Source: Octopus sinensis (taxonomy: Eukaryota). Taken from it: 64,000 nucleotides of DNA. Below the pieces are notes generated by a model. That model made no database searches and had not been told where the DNA came from. It was given only the letters and a program-made list of their open reading frames with translations. The stretch covers positions 31,000,001-31,064,000 of the forward strand of contig NC_043000.1 in assembly GCF_006345805.1 (NCBI RefSeq), read 5' to 3'. Position numbers and translations under genes: made by a program. Positions 62,395-64,000 of the stretch are shown piece after piece. Position 1 is the stretch's first letter. Every line of letters starts with the position of its first letter.

Positions 62395-63150
62395 AAGACT
62401 GGAGGTCATACTGAAGAGGAAAACAAGACTGGAAGGGAATTCCAAAGTTCAGAGGTGCGAGGGAAGAAACTGGTACCGTAAAGTGCTTTGCGACACTTAG
62501 GAAGTTGCACAGTATACTGATGAGAACTGGATGCAAGTCTAGTTGATCGCTGATAAGTTCTGAAAGGCAAACCAGAGAAGAGAGCTCAGCAGAACGATGT
62601 CCATGAAAATACTTATAGAAGAGAGACAAGGAAGCCAGATGATGACAATGAGAGAGTGAATCCAATTTAGAAGATAGATCAGGACCAATAGCATTACAAA
62701 TACAGCATTGAATGCGGTCCAACAGAGTCAAACAATTTGCAGGAGCACCTGTCCATATGTGACATCAGTACTCAATGCAGGGGTGAATGGTGGACTTATA
62801 AAGATAAAGAATAGTTTCAAGAGTGAGATAACTCCTTGAATGAAGGAGTGAGCCTACCTTCATTGCAGCCGATTTGGAAATAGATTTAATGTAAGTCCTC
62901 CAAGAAAACTCATTATAGAAAGTCACTCCTGGAGATGAAGTGAACAATTCTCAGGTAAGTCAATACCATCCATCGAAACCAATGACAAGAAAGGGTGTCT
63001 GAAACGATTAATTGAAAGAAGTTTAGTTTTTGATGGATTGAACATTACAAGCCATTTCTTACCCCACTCAATAATAGATCGAAGATCATTCTCAAGGTTA
63101 GCTGTGATCTTAACCTTATCAAACAAGTTGTCAGATTTGTCCAATTACTA
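62395..63150 (-). mobile_element. CR1/L2-like LINE 3' RT fragment
   Basis: LENDLRSIIEWGKKWLVMFNPSKTK, LYKSTIHPCIEY and LSHCHHLASLSLFYKYFHG, spread across frameshifts. Confidence 0.8.
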
Positions 63151-63419
63151 TGGCCTCCTCTGTATTTGCTGATTTCCATAACATTTTGATGTCAATCGGG
63201 AATTGATTTTGTGTGAAAATTCTTTCCATTGAATGTTTACCCCAACCACCTCTTTTGATTTATCTTATAATCTGTTCTTTAACATATTTTGGATGCTATT
63301 AGGAAATGACAACCATTTTTGTTTTTTTTTTCTTTTTTGCTTCATGTATATACTTGCACAAACTTGCATATAGTTAACAGTTGAGAGGTGTCGGATAAAA
63401 GTTGATAGTGCAGCCTCAT

Positions 63420-64000
63420 TATCATCATCATCAGCACCATCCGTATGTGGCTGATGCCAGCGCCGCCTTGACTAGCTTCTGTGTCGGTGGCATGTAAAAA
63501 CCACCAGGGATCGTGGCTGTTGCCAGCCTTCCCTGGCACCTGTGCTGGTGGCACGTAAAACGCACCATTCATATGTGGTCGTTGCCAGCACCACTTTGAC
63601 TGGCTTCCATGCTGGTGGTATGTAAAAAGCACCAACTGATTGTGGCCATTGCCAGCCTCCCCTGGCACCTGTGCTGGTGACACGTAAAAAGCACCAACCG
63701 ATCATGGCCGTTGCCAGCCTCCCCTGGCACCTGAGCACCATCCATATGTGGTCGATGCCAGCGCCACCTTGACTGGATTCCGTGCCGGTGACATGTAAAA
63801 AGCACCACCTACCGTGGCCGTTGCCAGCCTCCCCTGGCACCTGAGCCGGTGGCATGTAAAAAGCACCATCTGTACATGGTCAATGCCAGCGCCACCTTGA
63901 CTGACTTCCGTGCCGGTGACATGTAAAAAGCACCAACCGATCGTTGCCGTTGCCAGCCTCCCCTGGCACCTGTGCCGGTGGCATGTAAAAAGCACGGAGT
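63420..64000 (+). repeat. Long RTE 3' UTR tandem array running off the window end
   Basis: Alternating A/B units with the same core motif. Confidence 0.85.

Overview
AT-rich, repeat-saturated animal genomic DNA. The SINE and RTE repertoire and the (TA)n/(CAT)n load point to an octopus or other coleoid cephalopod (inference). Three host genes are supported. (1) A + strand terminal exon encodes a PAN/apple-like Cys domain (2006-2259). (2) An intact, intronless rho-class-like glutathione S-transferase lies on the - strand (21909-22586). (3) The 5' part of a large + strand gene has a first exon at 36706, an 81-nt exon encoding a SILK motif at 45729 and a candidate 10-nt microexon at 52436; it may be KNL1-like. 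The rest is mostly transposon debris: many RTE LINE copies and isolated RTE 3' tails with a structured tandem array, three tRNA-type SINE families, CR1/L2-like LINE fragments, Penelope remnants, a dead full-length piggyBac with nested inserts, a degraded hAT and several MITEs. The most notable items are four hammerhead ribozyme motifs in Penelope-type terminal repeats (two in a near-perfect 1-kb inverted pair with an 86-nt stem II), a long G-U-containing hairpin in intron 1 of the SILK gene, a PHD-like finger inside RTE ORF2, and the variable hairpin array in the RTE 3' UTR. Almost all other ORFs in the track are spurious translations of repeats. No CRISPR, rRNA or true tRNA genes were seen. 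Repeat boundaries are approximate unless TSD or TIR coordinates are given.
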